Of a stretch of 64,000 nt of DNA, positions 38,165 to 50,989 are shown one piece after another (within the stretch, counting starts at the first letter, position 1; every line of letters starts with the position of its first letter). Position numbers and translations under genes: made by a program. Location: NCBI GenBank assembly GCA_965235115.1, contig OZ249437.1, forward strand, positions 10,974,001-11,038,000. The letters run 5' to 3'. Under the pieces are notes generated by a model. It was not told the DNA's origin, did no database searches, and was given only the letters and a program-made list of their open reading frames with translations. This DNA is from Laetmonice hystrix (lineage: Eukaryota).

Positions 38165-38963
38165 ACACAGAACTGTACACAGCAAAGTGTCCATCCCCTT
38201 CAACAGCATCCTTGGTTATAGTATGGTGTGGGTGTGGACAGGTCGGGTATGGGGTCTTTTAACTGCAATAACATCAATACACAGAACTGTACACAGCAAA
38301 TTGTCCATCCCCTTCAACAGCATCCTTGGTTATAGTATGGTGTGGGTGTGGACAGGTCGGGTATGGGGTCTTTTAACTGCAATAACATCAATACACAGAA
38401 CTGTACACAGCAAAGTGTCCATCCCCTTCAACAGCATCCTTGGTTATAGTATGGTGTGGGTGTGGACAGGTCGGGTATGGGGTCTTTTAACTGCAATAAC
38501 ATCAATACACAGAACTGTACACAGCAAATTGTCCATCCCCTTCAACAGCATCCTTGGTTATAGTATGGTGTGGGTGTGGACAGGTCGGGTATGGGGTCTT
38601 TTAACTGCAATAACATCAATACACAGAACTGTACACAGCAAAGTGTCCATCCCCTTCAACAGCATCCTTGGTTATAGTATGGTGTGGGTGTGGACAGGTC
38701 GGGTATGGGGTCTTTTAACTGCAATAACATCAATACACAGAACTGTACACAGCAAAGTGTCCATCCCCTTCAACAGCATCCTTGGTTATAGTATGGTGTG
38801 GGTGTGGACAGGTCGGGTATGGGGTCTTTTAACTGCAATAACATCAATACACAGAACTGTACACAGCAAAGTGTCCATCCCCTTCAACAGCATCCTTGGT
38901 TATAGTATGGTGTGGGTGTGGACAGGTCGGGTCTGGGGTCTTTTAACTGCAATAACATCAATA
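38165..38963. repeat. Tandem repeat, 114-bp unit x7, in the EB1 intron between exons 4 and 5
   Basis: Units start at 38165, 38279, 38393, 38507, 38621, 38735 and 38849 and are nearly identical. Confidence 0.97.
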
Positions 38964-40007
38964 GCTGCATCTTAACTGATCATCATGTCAAGTTTGTCTA
39001 TTTTACGTTTCCGGATCTAAAATTGTTACTTTACATAGATTTACTCCTTCAAGACAAAGTGTCATCTTTGACCTCTTAATATCACTTCAAATACAGAAAG
39101 TAGAATTTCAAGAACTCAAAGTCAGGAACGTCACATGATGTCATTAGATAACAAATATTGAAGCCTTGTAAACCGCGGTCTGGTTGGAGCTTGCTGTAGC
39201 TTAAGTACTACGTCACCTGCTCCACTGGTGGGTCTGTGTGATTGAACTCTTGCTGACACTGCCCAAAACATACAACAATCATCATGTATCACATAACCTT
39301 CAACAACACTCCCCTCACACCAGTCACTTCACAACACGTTCCCGTCTTTACTCAGTCTCCATGATCAAAAATATCAGAGAAAAATGCATCACCAAAACCA
39401 ACTTTGTATTATTAACCCAAGAAATATTTTCAGCAGCATAAGGGTATTAATGCATTATACAGGTTGCACTTTTACATAGCAAACTGCAATGTGATGCCCA
39501 CCATTTCAAACTCGTCACTTTTTTTTCTTCACTTTCAGACTTAAAATGTAACATTTTGCTCGAATATCTTTGCACTTGGGGAAACTGAAGTCAGAACACC
39601 TTCTACTGGAGAAATTTGTAAGTAAAGACCCCCATGTAGAACTCATCAGCAGTCAGTAAGCCCATGATGGAATTACACAAACTGCTTTATTAAACGTTGT
39701 TCGCTTCAAAAGGACCATTCATTGGAACATGTCTCAACTATCAGCCAAATTGTTGTAGGATATCAAGCCTGGCTGGGGAGATTTTTCACTGGACTGAAAG
39801 ACTGGCAGCCTGCTGAATCCCAGTCTCTGAAATATGCCTCACAGCTGATAGACCCCTTTCAATACTGAAATACATGTACGATCAATTATTTTTACCACAA
39901 AATGTCTGATCATATAAGTTATAACAGATATAAATACCGGTATAATTAACTACCTAATCGATCTAACTACAAAAACTGAAAATCTGAGCCCAGCTAAGAA
40001 AAGGTAC

Positions 40008-40227
40008 CTTTTGCTGGGGCCCTGGCGGCTGGTGGGGCCGCTACTCTGTTAGTTCGGGCCATCCCCATTGGCTTTTTACTCGCACCACCCAGTGCTACGA
40101 ATCCTCGCTTCTCCTCAGGATCATAATCTGCGCCATCATAGTTTGCATCGAAGAACTTCTTGAACCACTGGACGAACTCAAAGTTGTCCTGAAAGCGTCC
40201 CTTCACCAGCCTGTCTACTGGTACAAC
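40008..40227 (-). CDS. EB1: EB1 exon 4 ([32 protein letters not shown]...RAPAK)
   Basis: CH-domain C-terminal half plus start of the linker. TGCAG acceptor, G|GTACC donor. 220 nt, phase 0/1. Confidence 0.96.
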
Positions 40228-43200
40228 CTGCAGCAGAAAAGGACTTTCATGGAAATAAATGATCATATCTTCATATCATAAATAATCAAAAGGCAAACTT
40301 CTTTATAGTTTTGTTTTCGCCAGTGCTTACACAATTCGAATTTCATATTATCATTTAATGTTCTTATTTGATTATTCATTCCATCTTCTTTAAAGAAGCA
40401 ATCGGTTACCATTTATAATAATATCAAGTCAGAGACAAATCTCTTAGATCTCCTTTTCCATCTAGAAATAACAATATATCAGGCAGAACCCTGGCACTAC
40501 AGATCTTGAGCACCTTATGGTAACGCCTTCCCTATGTAGGGTTTTAATTGTATAACACTTAGTTCTACCACTGGCACTTTGGGATCAAATTCACATACAA
40601 CGACTTACAGACTACTGACAAAATCTTCAGGTCAGACAGATAAACATGTCAAAGCCTGGTTCAGACTACATACCAATGAAAACATCACGGATATCTGGAC
40701 CCAGTTCGTAAAAAAACTTAACATCTTGTTTTTTACGAACTGGGCCACCTGGACAGGTCGTGCAGGATGCCCACGATCGTCCATCCACGAACGGGACAAA
40801 CGGGTCTGTTACTTACCAACCTGTGTTGTTCTCCATTCTACTCCCATGGCCCTCGATCAGCAGTAGCTGACTACAAAACCCCACCCTACATGAATCCACC
40901 ACCTGACGGCCACAGCCAGGCCAACTCTCAAAACATTTCTGGCCCACTGATCTCTTCAACATTTCAACTTCCAAAAGGAGATGATAAAGTGAATAAAAGC
41001 GAGGTGAGGGTTAACACAAGAGTTGTTTATCTACAAGAGAACTTGGCGGGGAAGAAAAACATAAATCACTGTCACACAATTTTGGATCACTCATTAGACT
41101 TTCTCCACCCACCCACTCCCCTTCTCCTCCCAATAAAGAAAAAAGGAAAGGATTTTATCATGCTATATGATATATCTTAATTATTTTTCAGGTTTGCTCA
41201 AGGGAAATAAGAAAAAAAGTAAAACATTGGAGAGAGAGAGGGAAAATCCATGAGAGGGTAAAAAAGAAATGACAAAAAAGGAAAGGCAGGCTCTGACTGT
41301 CTCGAACACAATGCACAGAATCTTTAACTGAACAGGCTGGCATGACACAAGCAGGTCATCTGTCCCATATCAATGACTGTCACTGGTCTGTATGTCATTA
41401 CGTGACTCATCCTCAACGTTTACAATCATCCTGCACAACACTTTATTCTGGTCTCTGACCCATCTACTGTGAACTGTAAACCGCTCTTGGCTCAATTAAT
41501 GATTTGTTTTCAAGATGCCATCAATGTTACACTGTAGATTATCTACGGGATTAAGGTCACTGCCAAAGCATTAATGCTGAAGTCAACCTCTTTTAAGCCT
41601 TACATTAAAGTAACTTAGTTAAAATCTAGAACCGACACATAATGTTAACATATATCATGCACAATGCAACGAACATGACTTCTATTTATAAATGTACTAA
41701 CTACGACATAACATACTGGCAAAACATGAAGTTGTACTCTATTAAAACCTTATGGAGCCTACAAAAGTACAATCACAAAATCTGGTTTGAGCATATATCA
41801 TGAATAGAGTACCAACAGAGTTACTACACTGCACTACTTTAGGTATGCCTGAATACTGCCGGTAGAGCTAAACAGACTACATGCACTTCAAAATCCAAGA
41901 AATGATAAAAATTTGATCAGAGGAGCATTCAAGCACGTCACAATTTTCAGGTGATTCAAGTACTGGCAGTCCTGGGGGTTATAATGCACCAAGGACAAAG
42001 TTAGCTCAGGCCGTAACTGTTTAGTAGCCGAAACATGTACATTTGTACTTTCATCACACATACTGAGCATTTTATTTTTAATTTTTTTCTTGGGGGTTTG
42101 GGGGGGGGGGGTATTTTCTTCAACTTTAGATTTTAGTCTCACAATACGCGGCCTGCAATTTAGTAGTATATTAAAGTAACTGTACGCAAGACATTGAAAT
42201 ACAATGCAATTTTTTCCATCAATCACGTGACCGAATGATAAAAATAGTTTGTCATAGTCTCACATGATATGCTAAAAATATAACTTGACATAATACAGAT
42301 AGTAATTCTAACTTTAACATCAACAACGTTAATACATTAATGGGGCAAATAAGCAAGGAGCCTTATTTTCTTTGAAAACTTTTCATAAAAAGGGAAAAGA
42401 ATATCTCAAGAATACTTAAACTGAAATAATGATGAAAAAGTTGGTGGAAAATCCTCATGCCTCTTTTTGCCAAACATAACTAGAAGGCGTCCCACCCATT
42501 GGTCACTGCCTGACAAGGTTACACAGAGTCTGGAGAGACTTCTATTGGTCAGCCACCACCACACAGCCAGCCGACGGGCTGACCAGCATACCACATTCCC
42601 GAGTCCTGGAATCACGGCCACAGACCATAGACAACCCAAGCGGGGGCCCACACACCTGATTCTAGACATGTTCAACAATATGGTTATGTTGCCTGCTCAC
42701 AGAATATCATGGAGTATTACAGCAAACAGCCACATACAACGGTTTGCCCTTTAATAAATTTCTTCATGCCACCAGGAGACTTCGTCCTAATCTGGCATAC
42801 CATACCGACTTTCATTCGATACACCGTGTCTTTAAACTTAAAATTTTTAGACTTACAATTTACAGATAGGTGCCCACAATTACGTTTTATTATTACTAAT
42901 ATTCTTTATTAATTCTGATAATTACCATAATACAAACAATGACGAGTAATGACAACTCAATCATCTTGATTATCCCGAATTGGTTTTGCTAACGTTTTCA
43001 GAATTAATCACGTCAGAATCAGATGTTTGGATCCAGTCTGGGAACTAACTGCAAGCCAAGACGTCACAAACAAAACCCTCAAACAAAACAATACGTTTAC
43101 AAAGCTACAGGGGGCGAGGATTCAGCAGCGCTTACGAAGAGATGCGAAGAACGGGAAGAGATGCGAGGAATTGGAAGAATGTGAGGAATGCCTAGAAATG

Positions 43201-43280
43201 TTGGATAAGTGACAACAGCAAGAGAATGAGACCACCAGGAAGTCGGGGCAGTGCCCCACGGATACCTGCCAACCACTCAC

Positions 43281-43387
43281 CTTGTCAATGCCCATTTTGT
43301 GAAAGGCGCCTTGTAGTACCTTGAAGTTGTTTATGAACTCGTGTTCTAATACTGTATTGAATTTCACCCTTTTTAAATTTATGGAAC
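43281..43387 (-). CDS. EB1: EB1 alternative exon 3B ([35 protein letters not shown])
   Basis: Polypyrimidine tract with TTTCAG acceptor and AAG|GTGAG donor. 107 nt, same phase and homologous position as exon 3A. Confidence 0.92.
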
Positions 43388-45651
43388 CTGAAAGTGTACA
43401 ATATACAAGAAAAGAAGAGCGTTTTTTACTGCTGGTAAGACAACTGTGGCTCAGAGTGCTGGAGTAAGCTGGAACAGACAAATGACAACAAGGATGTCTC
43501 ATCTAGTTTGCAGCCGTTACCACATCACCACCACTCGGACTTACTTGACGTCTTCCACCAGGAACTGGGCGAGGAGAACTGCGGCGGCGGTAGGGTCTGT
43601 GGACCAAGGCTTACCTATGTACAAAACGTAGATCGGTCCAGTACAGGATCAAAGGGACACCTCTGGATGTCATGGTGGCGACGTCTCCTAAAACTTCTCA
43701 TGCTTGGAGAACTTGTGAGAATCATTGCTAGGTGACAGTCGAGGTGGTGGTACCTGCCTAGTGGAGGACTCTGGTACCCGAGTGAAACTTCACTTTGTGC
43801 TGGTTCGGGGACACACCTCCTCGTAGGCCTGTGCTCCGGCCTTTGTATTGGGACCCATCTCAGAGGGCCATTCGGTATACACTTTTTCATTGACCTGGGA
43901 GTTCTCAGCCCTCGCAGTGCTACACCTCAAAGTGCCCCAATCTTCAGACCTCCCAACAGGACTTGCACAGAGAGGTACAAACCTTAGAGGTGACACTTGA
44001 CGTAACGCAAATGCTCCAGCCCTCCCAGCCAGACTTGTGGCTCTGTTGGGAAGCTAAACCTTGAATTTTCAGACTTGGTTCTGATGGCTCTGAAAGCTAC
44101 TTCCTTATCACAAGATCCATGCAGGACTACATGTGAACTACAGACACAATCTTCTCTGGCTAGGAGGCATTTCAAGGACACACTAAAGGGTCACACCATG
44201 CACTCGCTAACATCACACAATGGGAACAGCCTCTAGATATCTGCAGATGGAAACTGTAAATATCTACACTTCCTCAAATTTAACTCGAATTTAACCATGG
44301 CAAGTGCCATGGTTGCCCCCCTCACTTGGCGTGGTGCCTTCAATATTTGCAGTGTCTGAGGCAATAAAATGCTCTGGGTGCCCCAGGCTGAACGAGCACC
44401 CCACTCAGTCCACTCACGTCAAAGGGTGCTGGATCATCACCATCCTAGATTCCTAGAAAACTTGCCATGAAGTTGATGCCCCACAAACTTGCCTTGGTGC
44501 ACTTAAATTTCTGCTTAGACCTAAGGCAACACTTGCCTTGCCCTAAGATAAATTAAAATTCTCGAACTCTGAGATTAAAATCCAGGATAGCAGGAGGGAG
44601 GAGTCTGCCCAACTAATGCAGCAAATGAATTGGTTGTCAGACACAAAGAGGTCCGATATACAAGCTAAACGTATCATGCACCTTAACACATTAGTAGGCT
44701 GACATTTCATGTTAATGGGGGTGTCATGTCCGTGCTCCATTTCCTGGACCAACTGGCATGCTGCCGCTGCTGCTGCTGCTGCTTGGGTGGGGGGGGGGGG
44801 GGGGGGGTTGGAGGGAATCTGAATTTGGTCTGTCTATTGGAGGTACCGGTATTCTCATGCCATCTGCCTACTGAAGTCCCGACTACAATAATCCCATTTA
44901 TAAATTATAAGATGGTTTTGCAGGGAATTCATGAATGATTATCCCACATTTTTTAATTGATATTGAAATTTATATTCTAATTTGTTTTGCCTCTGAATTG
45001 TTATTCTTGCAGTATCTCAATCTAACAATTATTTATTTTTTTTAGATCTCCATTTACTCTTGTTATATAGATGAAGATCCTACTCCTCTTTAGAAAACCT
45101 TTCTAAAATGTCCTTCACATATGTCAGAGTAGCCTCAAAGGATGTTAACTGGGCAAGCTATAAACGGTACACAAAGTGTGTGTATTGCATACGTGAAATA
45201 TTAACGAGTGAATAGTATATATTGTGTAAAGGTTGTTGCATTTTGTGCAGTGAAACGCTAAGCTGAGTTCATCTCTAATCATGTAGGCAGTAATGAGGTC
45301 ATCATCCCATTAATTTATTTCCTGACAATTGCCATGGTAATCAGTTCCCAGAGCGGGCAGACAGATCCCTGGTGATCTATGGTATTGGGACATGAAGAAT
45401 TCAATGGATTGCTGGTCTAAAAGCTTTGTCCAAGGTAGAGTGTGGCCCAGTCGTGGTAGTGCTGTGGTTGGCAGCTAGTCACACCCATCTTCCAAATCCA
45501 TCTGACCAGGAGCGGGGATGTAGGGACCCAGGGAATAGAAGCACTCCTAAACGTGGCTACAGATGCTGAAATGATGCACCTGTATCACCTAGGGAAGAAA
45601 AGAATAGTTGCCATGGAGACTGGACACTGGCAGCACGCAGCGTTTTCTCAC

Positions 45652-45758
45652 CTTATCCACTGAACACTTCTTGAACGCCCCCTGAAGAATCTTGAAATTC
45701 TGAATGAACTCATGTTCTAATTTCGTGTCGAATTTCACCCTTTTCATTGGTAGGCATC
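45652..45758 (-). CDS. EB1: EB1 alternative exon 3A (CLPMKRVKFDTKLEHEFIQNFKILQGAFKKCSVDK)
   Basis: TTTCAG acceptor and AAG|GTGAG donor. 107 nt, phase 1/0. CH-domain residues 55-89. Confidence 0.92.
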
Positions 45759-46766
45759 CTGAAACCACACACGTATCAGACATGTCATGGACACACAATG
45801 CTTGAATCATTGGGGAAGGCAATATTCACAATGTTTCCAAGAACATTGTTCATATTGCATCAAATCCAAATCAGGAAGGTCATCCATAATTATCATATAA
45901 AGGGTCACAAGCAGCTATAAAAAAAAGTTTCTACATTACCAAAGATTCTACTCAGTGGAAGTATCAGTATTAAATAATTTTTTAATTGTTTATCACATGC
46001 AGGCGTTAATTAAATTTTGAATTAAGAACTTAACATTATCAAAGCCCAAAGACAGCACTGTCTACTGTGTCTCTACTTGGGTTTAACCACGTTCCAGTTA
46101 CCGGTATATTTGGTTATCAGAGCAATAAAAGGTTGGTCCCGGAAATATATATCTAAACAGGAAATGAAGGTTTGCTTGATTAAAAGGCTGTGGGAGAAAG
46201 ACTGGCATTGATTAACTCTTTGGTAAAACTTAATGAAACAGAAAATAATATCACTTAAAGTCCAACAGACATCAAAATTTACATGAAATTTAGTGCCAGA
46301 TCCTGATAATACATGTAATTTGTTGTTGTTTAACTTAAAGGAGCGGTTATTGTACAAGAATATGAACTGTGTGAAAGTCGTTTTAAAGACCAATTCCCCT
46401 AGTGACGTCATCAGGGGCAATGGTAAAGAATAGGGAGGAGTGAGACTGTGATGAGGCGCGGGATTCGAATTTTCAATATTTTTCTAAATTGAGAGGACTT
46501 CTCAGAAAACCTGTCAGGGATACGGTTACAACTCAAAGTGATCTATCTAGATCAGTAAAGTTACCTATGTGATGTCAGTTGCACTTTAATCACATCTGTA
46601 ATTATTTATACATCTCAAAATCAACTTTCTCATTTACTCAATAAGGACCAGCTGTAGGATTCTTTTGAAGTTCACCTGCGACTCTCTTGGGAGGATGCTA
46701 ATACTACCTGTAATCGGGACAAAATATCTGTAAATTCCCCGTAATGCCCTTCTACAAAACTAATGC

Positions 46767-46960
46767 AATGTCTACAAGAGAATCGACCATTATCTGAAAC
46801 CAACGATCATACATAGAAATGATATTCATCCCATGCCACTGTCGGCACAGACTGTGATTAGTGGTAATGTCTACGAGAGAATCGACCAATATCTGAAACC
46901 AACGACCATGTAAAAGAAGTCATCCCATGCCACTTTTGGCAGAGATTGTGATTGGTGGTG
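46767..46960. repeat. Diverged ~99-bp tandem duplication
   Basis: AATGTCTAC(A/G)AGAGAATCGACC...CATCCCATGCCACT...GTGATT(A/G)GTGGT occurs at 46767 and again at 46866. Confidence 0.8.
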
Positions 46961-48449
46961 ACGGACAACAAATTGGCTGCAGTGTTTCATGATCAATATA
47001 AATAATACGGTATACCATACTCTCAAATCCACTTTACTCTTTTGTCATTTTTACGTAAGGTTAGAAATCCTGTCAAGAAAGCAAATTCTACATCATTCAT
47101 GAGAAACAACAGTGCAAGACGTGTACAACAGAAATTGATAGCAACACTGTAGCAGATTCACCTTGTATACCAAGGGTGATCCCAGGACATTGAATGATAA
47201 AACTCTTTCAGAACATAAAGAATTGTGTATTATAGAATATAGGAAACCAATACAGGTACACTCAGATAAAGGCAATAAGTATAATAAAAATTTTACACTA
47301 AAAATATCTGTATAATAATGTGAAGCGTTTTCAAATTTCAATATGTGACATGTGTACCACTTCACAGATATAGGACGTATAAAATCATGCATGATGCTGT
47401 CAGTGAATGTACTCATTAGCATTCTCTCAATGTTCCATGATGTGTTCTTTCACCAGAGGCCGCTACTGCTAACTTTTTCTTCCTAGTCCCATTCAAATTT
47501 TATATTCTGCCAGAAGCCGTGTCAGCAGACAGAAATGTGTACTATGTCAGTGAACGGTAGACCTCTCCATCAGTAGTTCAGCTATTGACTGTTTGATACA
47601 GGATACCACAGGAACATTTTACTACCCGTGTTCAAGGTTACAAATAAAATGCTACTCTACAAGTCCAATAACTGCTCCGAATAAACAACCCCACTAAATT
47701 AAAGTTGATCCACTCCTTTGGCTTTCAACTTAACCCTCATTGTACAGTTTGTTACCAGTAAAACTAAAAGGGTTCTTTTCATCTACCGGTATCTAACAAT
47801 AACATCAATGTTCTGTATATGACCTGATAATCATAAGCCAATATGATTATATGAGAAAGGATGACCCACATACTGTTAACTATAGCATGTGGTAAAGCCA
47901 TCACACATGGCTGCAATTTCCTCTTTCCAGTGCAGGCAGACCTGGTCGGGTGTAATGATAGTACTCCAGCTGTAAGTGAGCATGGAGAAACAGTAGCCTG
48001 CTGGCCTGGCCTGGTATAACTCAGGGACTGCCCCAAGGCAACATCCAGTCGGGGTTTCAGGTTAGGGTAAGGGGCAGAGATATGGATTTTTTTTTCTTCA
48101 TCCAAATATCAGATCTACGGACTGCTGGCATCCACCCGCCCCGACCACACCCACACTCCAACACAACCCTCAGAGTTCAACAGGTGAGCCTGGCCTGACT
48201 CCCCCCACCCCCACTCCCACCTTAGCTAGAGCTCCGAGTTCAACAGGTGAGCCTGCCCCGTCTCAAGGAAGGCAGTCCACTTACATCAGGTGAGGCAGAC
48301 CTCCCTTTTACTACCTCTAGCACTGCTTTCAGTCCAGCAACACTCCTGACCAAATCATTACTGGGTCCGAACCTGGAGCAATGGAGACTTACCAGACATC
48401 AAAATAAAGTTTACTGTCTACAGACACATTGAGGCACTGCTTCAACTGG

Positions 48450-48960
48450 TACATTGGGTGGGCCAGAAAAAAACTGGAACGTTATTTTCCTGAATGTAAC
48501 TTCTATAATTTTTATACGCAATGTCTTAATATTTTGCACAATATCCTATGGTTAAGGGGCGTGGTACAAATTTCAGATAAATACGTAAAACGTCTAAAAA
48601 TGGTGCCATTTAAAAATTGCATGTCAAAAATGCCAGACCAGGGTACTTTAACAACTTTTAGGCAGGGTTGGTGCAACTGTGTCTGAATGACGTGGCATCT
48701 GTCAATCAAATGCCACCTGCCAAAACAGGCGGCCACACTCTGTTTTGACACATTTCATCAGAAACTTTCACACAGAGCAGGTTGTTTCTGAAATTTTCAG
48801 CATGGTGTTCAGTGATGATGACAGAACTGTTATTGAAGCTTGCTATCTGGAAAAGTTTGGGTTTACAACATTTGAGATTCCCTCTTGAAAAGGTCTACAA
48901 GGGTCACAAACAAAAATTCAGAGAATGAACTTAACTTTAAGGAGAAAATTCAGGAAAAGT
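48450..48960 (+). mobile_element. Tc1/mariner-type 5' remnant
   Basis: TA followed by a CATTGGGTGGGCCA-type terminus, then ATG at 48802 giving MVFSDDDRTVIEACYLEK, which resembles a mariner-like transposase N-terminus. Decays into stops and frameshifts. No right TIR found. Confidence 0.5.
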
Positions 48961-49770
48961 GGAAGAAAATTACTTGAAATTAAGTAAAAAAGTCATTCGC
49001 GTCATTCAAAAAAGAGACATGGGCTCAGTATTGTGTCCTTACACATACTTTTGTGGTAGTGGTAGTACTTTTTTCTTCTTTTTTTTATAAGTCTTTTACT
49101 AGTTTTAGATCTATGTGTCACATGAGAAGTTTTAAAGATAGATTTCGGGTTATTACGTTTTTCTGCTTAACATTTAATATAAAAATTTTGAGAGTGAACA
49201 GCTCTCCCAACATATTTCAGGAGCTTGATAAAGTCTCCAAGAGTTTTCAAATAACAAGGCCTGATTTAGACACCAAAAATCATTGATCTCCTCTGACCCT
49301 CAAAAATTGGACCCGACTAAATGATAAGAATGAAAACGTATCCTTCAGGACAGTCTGCCATGAGACTAAAACATTGATTTTACAATATCTGACATGTACA
49401 GTCGATTCTTTGAGATAGAATATCTCAATGACCCATATATTAACCTTTCAATGTCTTCTACATGTTAGGCCATAGATTTTTTAATTTTTGACAGTCCCCT
49501 TTAGGCATACCTTCATATAATGGATGCCTAGCATACCTTTATCGTCGGAATGACAAACATAATTTTCTAAACTAGGCCTCTCCTGACTATGTCTATTTAT
49601 GACAGCATCATGTGTAGATGGAACAAAAAAATCTAAACATTTAGTGAAATGCCCTTTAGTTTACCAAGTTTTTTGGATGTGACTTTCTCAGGCAGCTTAC
49701 CAGAGTAAAAATGTGCTCAAGAGGACTGTACTCTTGCATCTTCACTTACTAAATATAAAAGAGAACGTAC

Positions 49771-49809
49771 CTGGGAATAGCATGTCCATGAATTGGCAGT
49801 ATGCAGCAC
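49771..49809 (-). CDS. EB1: EB1 coding exon 2, 39-nt microexon (G-AAYCQFMDMLFP-G)
   Basis: TTTCTCTAG acceptor and G|GTACG donor. Encodes the invariant AAYCQFMDMLFP motif. Phase 1/1. Confidence 0.95.
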
Positions 49810-50549
49810 CTAGAGAAATACACACAAATTATAACATCAGTTGCTTACGGTAATTGTGGTAAACCATCAACAAATGCCAGAATTCAATATCTTGCAATGG
49901 TCACAAAGACAGTCAGCTCCTGGGGAGTAATACCTTTAAAATTACTAAAATCGAGTCCACATCAATCAGTGTGTGCCAAATACATGTACTTTTTTCAGTA
50001 CTAGACTGTAGTCTGTAGGGCTACTTAGTGAAATTTTTTACTAGCCTCTTATCTTTTCACTATGAATGTGAAATGTGACATGAGCTGCAAAACGAGCATT
50101 GCCATTGGGGGGAGTGTGTTGGAGGGGGCGTTTTCTCTTTCAGACCGGTGGGCTAGTGCAGCAAGTACTTTCACTAGCCCATGACTATTTCTACAAGACC
50201 CGGGCTTCGGGCTAACAGCCAACATCACAGACTGCATCAACACCATACAGAAAACTGTGTATTGTGTTATGCGAACCTCAGACACGTGAAGGTTGATCTT
50301 GGTTCTAAAGACAATTCAACTTTGTTACTGAATATTACAAATGTGAAAATATTTCAAGCCACCAAAAATTCAATGTCTATAACTGAAAGCCCTCCATGTT
50401 TAGCTTGGTTTGACCTTGGAAGAAGTGGGGATGGACAGAACAGTCATGGAATCAAACCTCACTACTGGCTGCTGGACTAACTAAATGAAAACCGCTAGAT
50501 CCAGGTCTTTTGGTATAAAAGATGGTATAAACCCCACTACAGATTTTAA

Positions 50550-50925
50550 CAGGGCTTGTCTTTTAAGGTGCGCAATTGCGCGCGCGCGCCATGGCGCGCC
50601 TAAAATGGGACAGAGGCGCGCAAAAAAATGCGCACCTTGCAAAAATAAAACTTGAAAATTCGCGCGCCTCGGACTACTTGTAATGTACATAATGCTAATG
50701 TGCTTGTACCCTGGCAGTAACCATGTGCCTATGGTTGATCATTAACAGAAGTCAAGACGGATGGGATGTGTGACGGTTGCGAGGATACACACTATTACAC
50801 CTCATCTGACCGAAGATTAAATTGTGCGCCTACCACATTTTAGTTGCACAAAAAAAAATGCGCGCCTACCTCTTTCAAGGCGCACAAAATTTTGTGCACC
50901 TGCTTTTTTCAAAGGACAAGCCCTG
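50550..50925. mobile_element. MITE (~376 bp) with imperfect TIRs CAGGGCTTGTC(T/C)TTT
   Basis: Inverted termini at 50550 and 50925. TTTTAA immediately flanks both sides. GCGC-rich subterminal motifs. Confidence 0.75.
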
Positions 50926-50989
50926 TTTTAAGCTGTTTTTGTAGAGCCCAGAGTTCGCAAACCTGGTTCTAAAGTAAAATGCTTATCAA

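Noticed and set aside
31445-38963. Tandem arrays as possible CRISPR arrays
   Set aside because: The units are head-to-tail with no unique spacers, there are no cas genes, and the context is eukaryotic.
38187-38975. 262-aa ORF with 38-aa repeats
   Set aside because: It is only the 114-bp tandem repeat read in a stop-free frame. It has a GTG start, lies antisense within an EB1 intron and has no recognisable domain.
44708-44900. Poly-Pro/poly-Gln frame between exons 3A and 3B, with an AACQLV segment resembling a second exon 2
   Set aside because: It is generated by a G19 run and (CTG)n. Similarity to AAYCQFMDMLFP is negligible and there are no fitting splice sites.
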